A stretch of 16,207 bases of DNA from a virus (IMGVR_UViG_643348545_000010); one strand, 5' to 3'; positions 1-7,795 are shown, counted from the first letter of the stretch. Notes: generated by a model not told the origin, from the sequence alone. A program made the numbers and translations.

Positions 1-165
1 ATGGCAAAGCCGATCATCACGCTCAATGGCCTAAAAATCGTCATTATGTTGGGAATGCTGGTCATTATTCTCTGCGGTATCCGTTTTGCCGCCGAGATCA
101 TCGTGCCGTTTATTCTCGCATTATTTATTGCTGTTATATATAACTTATTTCACATAACACGTTGA
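1..165 (+). pseudogene. tqsA: 5' fragment of tqsA (AI-2 exporter TqsA/YdgG), interrupted by the island
   Basis: ATG at 1; translation [45 protein letters not shown] matches my memory of the E. coli TqsA N-terminus. After about codon 45 (nt ~136) the sequence turns AT-rich, reads IYNLFHITR and stops at TGA 163-165. The native protein is about 344 aa. Confidence 0.5.
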
Positions 166-211
166 TTTAATTAAATAATTTTCACCGCAAAAAGTGCCAA
201 AAATCGCAAAA

Positions 212-233
212 TGACTACACCAGTGACTACACC
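212..233 (+). repeat. Tandem direct repeat TGACTACACC-AG-TGACTACACC near the left junction; possible integrase arm-type site
   Basis: Two exact 10-mers with 12-bp phasing, about 70-90 bp inside the point where the tqsA frame diverges. Confidence 0.4.
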
Positions 234-249
234 GTTCGGTGCACTGTAT

Positions 250-276
250 GAAACAACGTGGAACAAATAGACACAA
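250..276 (-). promoter_or_regulatory. Phased TTGTTC-type hexamer repeats (minus-strand orientation), left-end copy
   Basis: Plus strand reads GAAACAA-cgtg-GAACAA-atag-ACACAA. A 15-bp core AACAACGTGGAACAA is identical to the site at 7753-7778. Confidence 0.4.
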
Positions 277-344
277 GAAATATACAGGCGGATCATCTTT
301 CCAGGGGGAAGCGCACCAATTCATGAGGGGCGTTAATGTCGATA

Positions 345-747
345 TGGGGATCCCCACCTACCGGAATTTTTTTCCGGTTAAACGTTAATCAGGCTGGTGG
401 GCTTTACCTGTTCGGTAGGTGTTATGATTATCGTAATACCTTTCCCCCAATGGGGTAAAAGCATCAACCGTAACGAAAGTCGTTATGGTTGCCACTGATA
501 CCCCAAATTTGGGTATCACGAGTAAGACCCAAAATCTGGGTGTTACTCTTACTACCCAAACTACGGGTAGTTTCCGTAGTTTCATGGTCGAGTTGCAGAT
601 CTGCAACTCCCCCATTAACCACAGGCGAATTTCCGCCTTCGGTCATTCCTTAATCATCTGCGTAATCATAATGATTATTCAGCAAGCGCAATTTTGCACT
701 TTGCTTAAAGTTCAGCGAGTTACCGCGCCGACTTCCTCAAATTGAGG
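345..747. repeat. Palindrome-dense non-coding block at the distal end of the island
   Basis: TGGGGATCCCCA (345-356); CCGGAA-N5-TTCCGG (361-377) nested inside CACCTACCG...CGGTAGGTG (355-363 / 413-421); CCCCAATGGGG (445-455); three sites of form ACCC-A3-N-T3-GGGT spaced about 27 bp apart (499-516, 527-541, 553-570); direct repeat GTAGTTTC x2 (567-583); GTTGCAGATCTGCAAC (592-607); CCTCAAATTGAGG (735-747). ORFs here have implausible composition. Confidence 0.5.
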
Positions 748-902
748 TTTCCGAAAATATCAGCGGGTTAGCGATTAAGCTGATCATTAATTAAACTGCG
801 AAAATTTCGTAGTTTGTGACTGTCTTTCAGGCAGCTTGTTAACAGTCCTCAGAAGCGAGGGATGTAGCCACCCATTTTTGGTCCGTCGGGAATATCAACC
901 AG

Positions 903-1184
903 TTACCGCCGCAACCGCTCCGGCTTCTTCCAGTGGTACGTTATTTTCTCCTTCTCCCGATACATCTCCACGCGGCGACGGTAGGCCAGCAACTCAAGAA
1001 CTCTGGTTCGTATGTTGCGCATATCCACGCCATTAAGTTCTATACCATCACGGCGCATCACCTCAGCAACAACACGCGCATAGTTTTCGGCTGTCACGCT
1101 GTCCGGCTGCGTGGCCTGTTCGTCAGCCTGCTGGCTGATTCCGGCAACGCGGCGGATTAATCCCGTTATTTCGGCTTCTGTCAT
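903..1184 (-). CDS. Hypothetical protein (93 aa), last gene of the packaging operon
   Basis: ATG at 1184 with GAGGT 8 nt upstream; starts 14 nt after the terL stop. No recognisable motif. Confidence 0.55.
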   Translation of the reverse strand: MTEAEITGLIRRVAGISQQADEQATQPDSVTAENYARVVAEVMRRDGIELNGVDMRNIRTRVLELLAYRRRVEMYREKEKITYHWKKPERLRR

Positions 1185-1197
1185 GCTGCTGACCTCA

Positions 1198-2859
1198 TTA
1201 CACCCCGCTAAATTCTTCCAGTTTCTGGCGGTGGCTGTCGCTTATATCAAAAGCAAAATCCTCATGCTCTGCCTGGAATGTACCAAACGCCATCAGCGCC
1301 GCCACGCTCGGGTCTATCTTGTTCGGTGATTTTTTCTTGTTCGGCTTGATATTGGCGTTCGCGTCACTCTGCATCACGACGTTACTCATCGACCAGGACA
1401 ACACCGGATCGCCACGATGCACAATCACCCTGCGGTTAACAAAAACTTCGAACGATTTCGCCGCCGGACTGAATCTGAGGTAGGTTTGCGGGAACGGCTC
1501 CACCTCAAAACCTGCCCCCTGTAATTGCGTTCTGAGATGCGTGGCGTTCCACGTATCAAAGCCCACCAGCCTGATATTAAATTTCTCCGCGTCCTGCATG
1601 ATGTCATCTCTGATCCGGTCGTAATCAATGCAGTCGCCAGGCGTTGTGCGTATCCAGCCTGCTTTAGCCCACTGACGATAGATGGCGCGGTTTTTATTGG
1701 CGGGGTTCTGTAGCTGAAATTCCGGCAGATAGTGACGGGAAACCAGCATAATGGTTTTACCGACCGGAAAGGCATAGCACACGCTGGAAATATCGCTGGT
1801 TGATGATAAGTCCAGCCCCGCGTAACACTCCTGGCCGTGTAAATCTTCCTCCGTGAACGTTCCGGCACACTCAGCCCATGCGCCGTTACCCATCCACGGG
1901 GTAGCCCCCTGGCACCAGATATTAAATCGCTTTGTCATCATCTCCACCCACTGCGACGGAATACCCCGCGCTTTCTGGATGGTTGAGGCCAGTTTTTCAC
2001 GATCCACGGAAACATCAATATTAGGGTTCGCCTTTATCCACATCGCCGGATCATCAACCTCGTTTTCGTCGTCCAGTTCGTAAATCAGTACAAAAATTGA
2101 ATCGTTGACCTCTTCGCCGTCCAGGATCTGGCAGCAATAATCATAGTGCTGCTTACAGGCTGAAACGACGTTACTGCCTGATGTGGTAATAGCAAATAAC
2201 AGCCCTTCGGGACGTGCGCCCATCCCCAGCTCAAGCGCGGAATAAACGCCGTTATCGGGGTGCAAGTGGTATTCGTCCACGATGGAAAGGCTGGGGTTTG
2301 TTCCCTCGATGGTTGCCGCTTTTGCTGCCAGCGGCTTTAACAGGCTGTTGCTTTTCGGGTGTATCACCTTATGCGCCTGAATATTCACCCGCCTGCGTAA
2401 CGGTCGGGATAAAAGGCACATCTGACGCGCATCATCAAAGACGATCCGCGCCTGGTCACGGCTCACCGCTGCGGTGTAAATATCCTGCTGACCGTTCTCC
2501 ATAATCAGAAACCAGTTAGCCAGAATCGCGGCGGTCGTGGATTTCGCATTTTTGCGCGGCACTTCGATAAAGGCGCTCGTGTATTTGCGCCGTCCGGTGG
2601 CCTTAACCTTAAAGCCGAGGATGCACGCAAAGGCGAACTGCTGCCACGGCTCCAGCTCAATGGGTCTGCCACGCATCGGCCCTTTTACGTGCGGGCACAC
2701 CCTGGAAAAGGCAATAAACCGCTCCACAACCTCACGATCGAACGTGTAAAGGGGGCTTTCAAGGTCCGAAAAGTACCGTTTAACGGCCTGTTTCAGCCGT
2801 TTACAGGCCGGAATTTTGCCCGTTTTTACGTCTTCTGCGTACTTATTCCAGGCGGTCAA
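1198..2859 (-). CDS. terL: Terminase large subunit (Terminase_1 / HK97-like)
   Basis: 553-aa ORF with typical TerL ATPase and nuclease architecture. Apparent TTG start at 2859 with GAGGA 7 nt upstream, overlapping the terS 3' end by 17 nt. Confidence 0.88.
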   Translation of the reverse strand: MTAWNKYAEDVKTGKIPACKRLKQAVKRYFSDLESPLYTFDREVVERFIAFSRVCPHVKGPMRGRPIELEPWQQFAFACILGFKVKATGRRKYTSAFIEVPRKNAKSTTAAILANWFLIMENGQQDIYTAAVSRDQARIVFDDARQMCLLSRPLRRRVNIQAHKVIHPKSNSLLKPLAAKAATIEGTNPSLSIVDEYHLHPDNGVYSALELGMGARPEGLLFAITTSGSNVVSACKQHYDYCCQILDGEEVNDSIFVLIYELDDENEVDDPAMWIKANPNIDVSVDREKLASTIQKARGIPSQWVEMMTKRFNIWCQGATPWMGNGAWAECAGTFTEEDLHGQECYAGLDLSSTSDISSVCYAFPVGKTIMLVSRHYLPEFQLQNPANKNRAIYRQWAKAGWIRTTPGDCIDYDRIRDDIMQDAEKFNIRLVGFDTWNATHLRTQLQGAGFEVEPFPQTYLRFSPAAKSFEVFVNRRVIVHRGDPVLSWSMSNVVMQSDANANIKPNKKKSPNKIDPSVAALMAFGTFQAEHEDFAFDISDSHRQKLEEFSGV

Positions 2860-3199
2860 GCTCGTCCTCTTCTTCTGTTTCCGGTGGATTTTTACGGCGG
2901 CTTATCGGGTCAAAACCGAGCAAGGAGGCCATTTTTATCATCACCCTTTCAGCGTCGGATTTTGCGCTTAATGCGGGGTTTCTGCTCTCGCCGCCCTGAC
3001 TGTTAACAATGCTGAACCCGCGCGCCGCAAGGTCTGCAACGGCTTTCCGGTAAATGGAGTAGTTGACACAATACAGTTCCAGATTGCTCCAGTCGGCGGG
3101 GGTCAGGTCTCCCCGTTCCGCAAGCTGCCGCGATTTTTCCCGCCACTGCTTCACGGCGATGTCATCCAGGTAGGCGGGGGCTTTCGGTGGTCTTGCCAT
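2843..3199 (-). CDS. terS: Terminase small subunit (P27-family-like)
   Basis: 118 aa, MARPPKAPAYLDD...WSNLELYC...GFDPISRRK, typical of P27-family TerS; sits directly upstream of terL. No obvious SD. Confidence 0.75.
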   Translation of the reverse strand: MARPPKAPAYLDDIAVKQWREKSRQLAERGDLTPADWSNLELYCVNYSIYRKAVADLAARGFSIVNSQGGESRNPALSAKSDAERVMIKMASLLGFDPISRRKNPPETEEEDELDRLE

Positions 3200-3490
3200 A
3201 CTTATTTTTTCGCCAGATTATTTTTCAAAAAATTCCCGTGCATAAAAATTTGAGGAGGCGGTCGGTGCCCGGCGGGGTCGGGTTTGTCCTGAAAACGCCC
3301 CCACCCCGTCATACAGCCTCATCAGCGATTGCGAAAACATTCCATAACCTCGCGGTCACGGTCGGTTAATCGCTTCGCTGTGATGCGTTCTGCGCGTCCT
3401 GACGCTTTATCTTTATGCCCTGTTTCCTGTGTCTTCCATGCGTCACGCTGCCTTATCAGTCCACGGATAAGGCGGTTTTGTTCCCGCTCA

Positions 3491-3928
3491 TTAATCAGCG
3501 TCATACATCCAGTTATTGCGGTTAGCGGCCCGTTCTTCCTCTTCACGAAATCCACCTGCGGCACGCTTGCTTTTTGTTGCCGGATCAAGCCATTTCGTTT
3601 TCTGGTTATGGCACGCCTGACACAATGGCTGATGGTTCCATTCGGGCCAGAAGAGAACATCATCACCGCCATCGATGGGGATAATGTGATCCACCACCAC
3701 GGCGGGCGTATATATCCCCTTCTCAAGGCATCGCACGCATAACGGGTTTTTACTCAGATACATGGCGCGGTATTTGTCCCACTGTCTGGAATATCCACGC
3801 GCGCGGCGGTGTCCTCGTCTGGCATCCTCTGCACGCCATGCCGCCCGCCTGTGCTCCTCACACTTGCCGGATTTAACGCGCCTGTTACAGCCTGGTTCTG
3901 TGCATCGTCTTAATGGTTGCCACGGCAT
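3491..3928 (-). CDS. HNH endonuclease (packaging-associated)
   Basis: 145 aa with Cys/His-rich motifs (CxxC...HxxxH...CxxCH); GGGGG SD; position next to terS as in HK97-like cos phages. Confidence 0.8.
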   Translation of the reverse strand: MPWQPLRRCTEPGCNRRVKSGKCEEHRRAAWRAEDARRGHRRARGYSRQWDKYRAMYLSKNPLCVRCLEKGIYTPAVVVDHIIPIDGGDDVLFWPEWNHQPLCQACHNQKTKWLDPATKSKRAAGGFREEEERAANRNNWMYDAD

Positions 3929-4224
3929 CAGTACACCCCCACATCACGGTAAGCCGTCCAGAGTGCGCCTATCGTCATGGGTACGCGTGTTTTTGCGTTA
4001 TCCGCGACAATCTGGCGATTTTCATACAGGTGAGCGATAAACATCATGCAGCCAATCTTTATGGCTGGCGTGAACTCCAGCCCGTCATCAAAGCGCCTGC
4101 CTATGTGTATCTGGCACGCCTCAAGCGATGCGGCAATGTATCCGCTGATTAACTGGTCTTCATCGTCGCCATCGATGCGGCAATGGAGTTTCACTTCTTC
4201 CAGGGTGATAAGTTCTTCTGTCAT
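3928..4224 (-). CDS. Head-tail connector protein (gp6-like)
   Basis: 98 aa, MTEELITLEEVKLHCRID..., typical N-terminus of gp6-like connector proteins; stop overlaps the HNH start. Confidence 0.7.
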   Translation of the reverse strand: MTEELITLEEVKLHCRIDGDDEDQLISGYIAASLEACQIHIGRRFDDGLEFTPAIKIGCMMFIAHLYENRQIVADNAKTRVPMTIGALWTAYRDVGVY

Positions 4225-4559
4225 TTTTCCGCGCCCTCACGACAAAGAATTTCAAGGCGTGTCCTGGCGGCATCCGGCAGCGGCTGCCCGATGATATTCA
4301 GTACACGCCCCGCCAGCGGCCCCGTACTGACCTTTATCCGGCTGGTGGCGTTGATGTCCTTCCGGTACCGTATCCAGATCCTTACGGTACCAATCGCCAG
4401 CTCTGCGCCCGATGAAATGGCCTCCTTGCTGCTGACCATGTTCACGCTTGCCCAGAGTGTGTGACCGTCCTCCCACGTTTCGAGTATTTCGCCGGTTATA
4501 TCCCTGGTCTGTTTCAGGGTCTGAATCGTTATCCTGTCACGCAGTCGCCCTATGTTCAT
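4221..4559 (-). CDS. Head-tail adaptor / head closure protein
   Basis: Internal ATG at 4559 (MNIGRLRDRITIQ...) preceded by GGGAGAA; ATGA overlap with the portal stop and with the downstream connector start. Confidence 0.7.
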   Translation of the reverse strand: MNIGRLRDRITIQTLKQTRDITGEILETWEDGHTLWASVNMVSSKEAISSGAELAIGTVRIWIRYRKDINATSRIKVSTGPLAGRVLNIIGQPLPDAARTRLEILCREGAEK

Positions 4560-5767
4560 TCCGGTTTTTCTCCCTCGCTGATTTTTACTTCCTGTTTCCA
4601 TGCCTGGCTGAACTCATCACCACCATCACGCGGTGACAGACCTTCACGTTCGCGGGCTTCGTTCGGACACATAACGCCGGATTTGATGCCGCGCTCATAG
4701 GTGGCAAAGCGTTCGCCAGGTGTGGCCCGTAACAGGTCCGCGCTGTCAAACTCCACCTGATACCGGATACCAGGTACAGGCGAGGCCACCAGCAGGGCGT
4801 TTTTTATCTGCTGCTCAAAGTTCGCCAGCCACGGGCGCATCGTCATGGTGAGAAATGCGCGGCTTGCCTCGCTGAAATTGCTGTAGGTGCTGTTGCTGTA
4901 TTCCTGCAAAAAAATCGGCGAGACGTTGAACATTCGGGCGATGTCTTCAATGGTGAAGCGACGGGAGGCCAGCCATTCAGCATCCTGATTACTCATGCCC
5001 AGCTGCTGATAGCTCATACCCCCTTCAAGGATGGGCGTTTTTCCGGCATTTCTGGCCCCTTTGTAGCGTTCCAGTGCGGCTAATGCCTGTTTGCCCTTCA
5101 CGCCGTCCAGCCATTCGCCTGACGTGATAACCCCTGCCGCCATCATGCCATCACGCATCACGCTCGCGCCGTGGCGTTGTTGGGCCAGCCCAAGCCCCAG
5201 CGATTCGCGGCAGATGGTTACAGGTGAGCGCCCCATAAAACCGTCATCCGTGGAGTAACGAAGGTGGAGAACCTCCCACGGTAAATAGTTGCGGGTGTTT
5301 CCGGTGTAGGCGTCAGTGATGCAGTAGCGCCAGTTATGCTCACCTGTCTGCTCAACGTTCACCGACTGCGGCGGGTAAGGATGCAAAGCGACCGGAAAAC
5401 CATCACGCCCCCACTGAATCACCGCATAAGCATTACCGTTTAACAGGCAGTGGCGGATCATCATTCGCTTAAACTGGTAGGGGGTCTGCCATGCGTTCGG
5501 GCGCTCGTTGAGGATGTGATCGACCGGATGAGAATCAAGCCACTCTCGGGCCTCCTTCCCCTTCTCATTGCGTACCAGGTACAGGTAACACGGCATGGTA
5601 GCCACCGCCTCAGAGATGACCGTGACGGCGTTCATGACGGCGGGCAGTGATTCCGCTGTCCCCGATGATACGTACTCACCCGCCCCCGTGTTCGATGTGC
5701 CAGCCAGCGCCATAAACTCATCAAGCGTCATGCTGCGCTGCTCTTTTTTTCTTCTGAAAGGCCACAT
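4556..5767 (-). CDS. Portal protein, HK97 family
   Basis: 403 aa with characteristic portal length and composition; GGGGG SD 7 nt upstream; start 2 nt after the protease stop. Confidence 0.88.
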   Translation of the reverse strand: MWPFRRKKEQRSMTLDEFMALAGTSNTGAGEYVSSGTAESLPAVMNAVTVISEAVATMPCYLYLVRNEKGKEAREWLDSHPVDHILNERPNAWQTPYQFKRMMIRHCLLNGNAYAVIQWGRDGFPVALHPYPPQSVNVEQTGEHNWRYCITDAYTGNTRNYLPWEVLHLRYSTDDGFMGRSPVTICRESLGLGLAQQRHGASVMRDGMMAAGVITSGEWLDGVKGKQALAALERYKGARNAGKTPILEGGMSYQQLGMSNQDAEWLASRRFTIEDIARMFNVSPIFLQEYSNSTYSNFSEASRAFLTMTMRPWLANFEQQIKNALLVASPVPGIRYQVEFDSADLLRATPGERFATYERGIKSGVMCPNEAREREGLSPRDGGDEFSQAWKQEVKISEGEKPE

Positions 5768-5768
5768 A

Positions 5769-6341
5769 TCACACCCCCGCTAAATCCGCCCACCAGCGGC
5801 GATTATCCGCACGCGGCATTTTTTCGGGGTGCTGCTCATACAGGGAACGGCGGGCCAGCTCCACGCCGGAATCGGGGTAAGCCGGTACCGATGTAACGGT
5901 AATTTCGTACAGTTCCGCCACCAGCACGGTGCGCACGCATGGATCTGTTGTGGTATCCCATACATCCTTACGGGAGCGAAAGCCAAAGCTCATCCCCGAG
6001 ATGTCCCCACGCTTAACCAGTTCGATAACGTCGCGCCCTGTACTGGTATCCGGTGGGGTCAGTTCAAAGCGTAACCCTGTTTCGTCCTCTTCCAGTTTCA
6101 GCGTGCCGGAACGGGTGCGCCCCAGTAACATGCTGTGGTCATGCTCATACAGGCCGCGAACGTCATTACCCGCCGCAAGCCATTCAGTAAACGCCCCCCG
6201 CTGGAATTTTTCGTAAAACTCACCCCATAACAGTTCTGAAAGCTTATCCCAGCGAACAACGTAGCCCGTCAGCGTACCGGCTCCGCTGGTGGTGATTTCC
6301 GATGACCGGATTTCCATACTCTTCATAATTTTTTCACCCAT
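5769..6341 (-). CDS. Prohead maturation protease, HK97 family (S78-like)
   Basis: 190 aa, ...GYVVRWDKLSE...LYEHD...GDISGMSFGF... resembles HK97 prohead protease. The true start may be the internal ATG at 6326. Confidence 0.8.
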   Translation of the reverse strand: MGEKIMKSMEIRSSEITTSGAGTLTGYVVRWDKLSELLWGEFYEKFQRGAFTEWLAAGNDVRGLYEHDHSMLLGRTRSGTLKLEEDETGLRFELTPPDTSTGRDVIELVKRGDISGMSFGFRSRKDVWDTTTDPCVRTVLVAELYEITVTSVPAYPDSGVELARRSLYEQHPEKMPRADNRRWWADLAGV

Positions 6342-6351
6342 AAAACACTAA

Positions 6352-6369
6352 AGGGGCTTTTAAGCCCCT
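6352..6369 (-). terminator. Hairpin between capsid and protease genes; likely attenuator
   Basis: Perfect stem AGGGGCTT / AAGCCCCT followed on the minus strand by a U-rich tract (UUAGUGUUUUAU). Confidence 0.45.
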
Positions 6370-6380
6370 TCTGTATGCTG

Positions 6381-7538
6381 TTAATCGTCGTCCTGTGGCA
6401 GTTCCAGAATCTTGATCGCGTTCGAATCCACCACGCCACCGCCTAAATATTTCTGCGTGAAAATTTTGATGAAGCCCGGCTCTGTGAGGTTGTCCGGTCT
6501 GGTGCGAACACCTGTTTCGTGATCAACAATGTAGTAACCGCGTTTGAAGTCACCCAGGGCAATAACGTTATCAGGCATAAACTCCAGATATTCGACCGGA
6601 AGGCCCAGCAACGTATCAGGATCACCCGCCTGTAAACGGTCGCGCCAGATGTAATCACCGTTCGCGTTCTTCACCTTCTGAAGTTTTGCCGCCGTCGTGG
6701 AGTTAACCACCCAGACCGCGTTTTTGCGGTATTTTTTACGTAATGCAAATTTCAGGTCGATCAGCGGGTCCGCAGATGTCCACGCCAGAGATTCGGAAGG
6801 TTTAATTACCTGCAACGTACCAAAATCACGCTCTTTGTCGTTCTTCTCTGCACGGGGTACGGATAAAAAGCCTTTTGCTTTTTTGTCACCGTCGCCCACA
6901 ACCAGATCGCTTTCTTCGGTTTCCGTGAAGGTGTCGCCAATCTCGCCCGTCAGCCATGAAAGGATGTCCACATCGGAAAAATCCACGATTTCCTGTGTGG
7001 TGCGCGGGTACGCATAGACCGGATACAGCTTAATGCTCACCTCGTTAATCTGCGGGGTGCTGGTCTGTTCGCGTGCCTTACCCTCTTCACCGTGGTTAAC
7101 GGTCGCACCGCCAGCGGAAACAAGCTGCTTAAACTCGTTGCTGCTGATTTTCTTCACGGTACAGATGCGGCGCATGGTGGATTCATCCGCCAGCATTCGC
7201 ATGATTTCGGTGTTCAGTTCGGGGATAACGGTATAACCACCATCAGCGGGAACGCCTGTACTTAATGCGCGGGTTTCACCCGTCAGAATGTAGTTTCGTA
7301 GTTCTGCGGGGTCAGTGGTCTGACTGCTTTTACCTGGCTTGCTGCGCTCTTCGTCTGCAATGGCTTCAAGGCGGGAAATGTCTTTATCGAGGGATTCAGC
7401 TTTAGCGCGTAATTCGTCAAATTTTGCGCCCTCAGCATCGTTAAGACTGCGGTTTTCTTTTTCAGCGTTCTCCAGCATGTCGCGCATCTGATTTTTAATG
7501 GCGGTTTTCTGCTGGCGCAATTCGATTATTCTCGGCAT
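6381..7538 (-). CDS. Major capsid protein, HK97 fold
   Basis: Start taken at ATG 7538 (MPRIIELRQQ...), giving a coiled-coil N-terminal domain typical of HK97-family capsids. The ORF track extends to 7586, but that extension is the terminator hairpin. Confidence 0.88.
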   Translation of the reverse strand: MPRIIELRQQKTAIKNQMRDMLENAEKENRSLNDAEGAKFDELRAKAESLDKDISRLEAIADEERSKPGKSSQTTDPAELRNYILTGETRALSTGVPADGGYTVIPELNTEIMRMLADESTMRRICTVKKISSNEFKQLVSAGGATVNHGEEGKAREQTSTPQINEVSIKLYPVYAYPRTTQEIVDFSDVDILSWLTGEIGDTFTETEESDLVVGDGDKKAKGFLSVPRAEKNDKERDFGTLQVIKPSESLAWTSADPLIDLKFALRKKYRKNAVWVVNSTTAAKLQKVKNANGDYIWRDRLQAGDPDTLLGLPVEYLEFMPDNVIALGDFKRGYYIVDHETGVRTRPDNLTEPGFIKIFTQKYLGGGVVDSNAIKILELPQDDD

Positions 7539-7575
7539 AAAAAAAGTCCTGGGGTTAAGTAAGGAACTCCAGGAC
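7539..7575 (-). terminator. Intrinsic-terminator-like hairpin plus U7 immediately 5' of the capsid start codon
   Basis: Minus strand: GTCCTGG-(16-nt loop)-CCAGGAC-UUUUUUU-AUG. The 7-bp stem is perfect, 7 U follow, and there are 0 nt between the U-run and the ATG. No SD. Confidence 0.5.
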
Positions 7576-7627
7576 GCGGCAAACACTCAACCGTTTTTCA
7601 TAAGGAAATCAGCAATCGCACCGTTCG

Positions 7628-7675
7628 TTTTCCCGCCTGGTAATGAATATTGGCGAGCACATTAACAGGCGGGAA
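7628..7675. promoter_or_regulatory. 17-bp inverted repeat (16/17 match) with 14-bp spacer in the packaging-operon leader
   Basis: TTTCCCGCCTGTTAATG ... CATTACCAGGCGGGAAA on the minus strand, about 100 bp upstream of the capsid start. Confidence 0.45.
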
Positions 7676-7752
7676 AGTGGCCCCAGCGTCCTGGCACCAC
7701 GGGCGAGAATAATCATGATTCAGTTCGGGTAAAATATGCCGATCCGCTCAGT

Positions 7753-7778
7753 GAACAACGTGGAACAACCACGAACAA
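7753..7778 (-). promoter_or_regulatory. Three phased hexamers (GAACAA on plus = TTGTTC on minus) with 10-bp periodicity upstream of the packaging operon
   Basis: GAACAA-cgtg-GAACAA-ccac-GAACAA; same motif family as 250-276 and 14898-14943. Confidence 0.45.
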
Positions 7779-7795
7779 ATAATTTACAAAAAATA

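Noticed and set aside
385-745. ORFs of 60-86 aa on both strands in the left-end block
   Set aside because: They overlap one another and sit on a palindrome-dense stretch; translations are low complexity. Interpreted as non-coding.
1425-2504. Alternative-frame ORFs inside terL (for example 1425-1868 minus, 2214-2504 plus)
   Set aside because: Embedded in a strongly supported 553-aa terminase frame; Arg/Ser-rich frame artefacts.
3322-3726. 134-aa minus-strand ORF overlapping the HNH gene
   Set aside because: Mostly an alternative frame of the HNH gene. Only its last 61 codons (3322-3504) fall in the HNH-terS gap, and they have a weak SD; this could be a small basic protein but the support is too thin to call.
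5780-6216. ORFs antisense to or in alternative frames of the protease gene (5780-5986 minus, 5829-6074 plus, 5929-6216 plus)
   Set aside because: Overlap a well-supported protease CDS; composition not protein-like.
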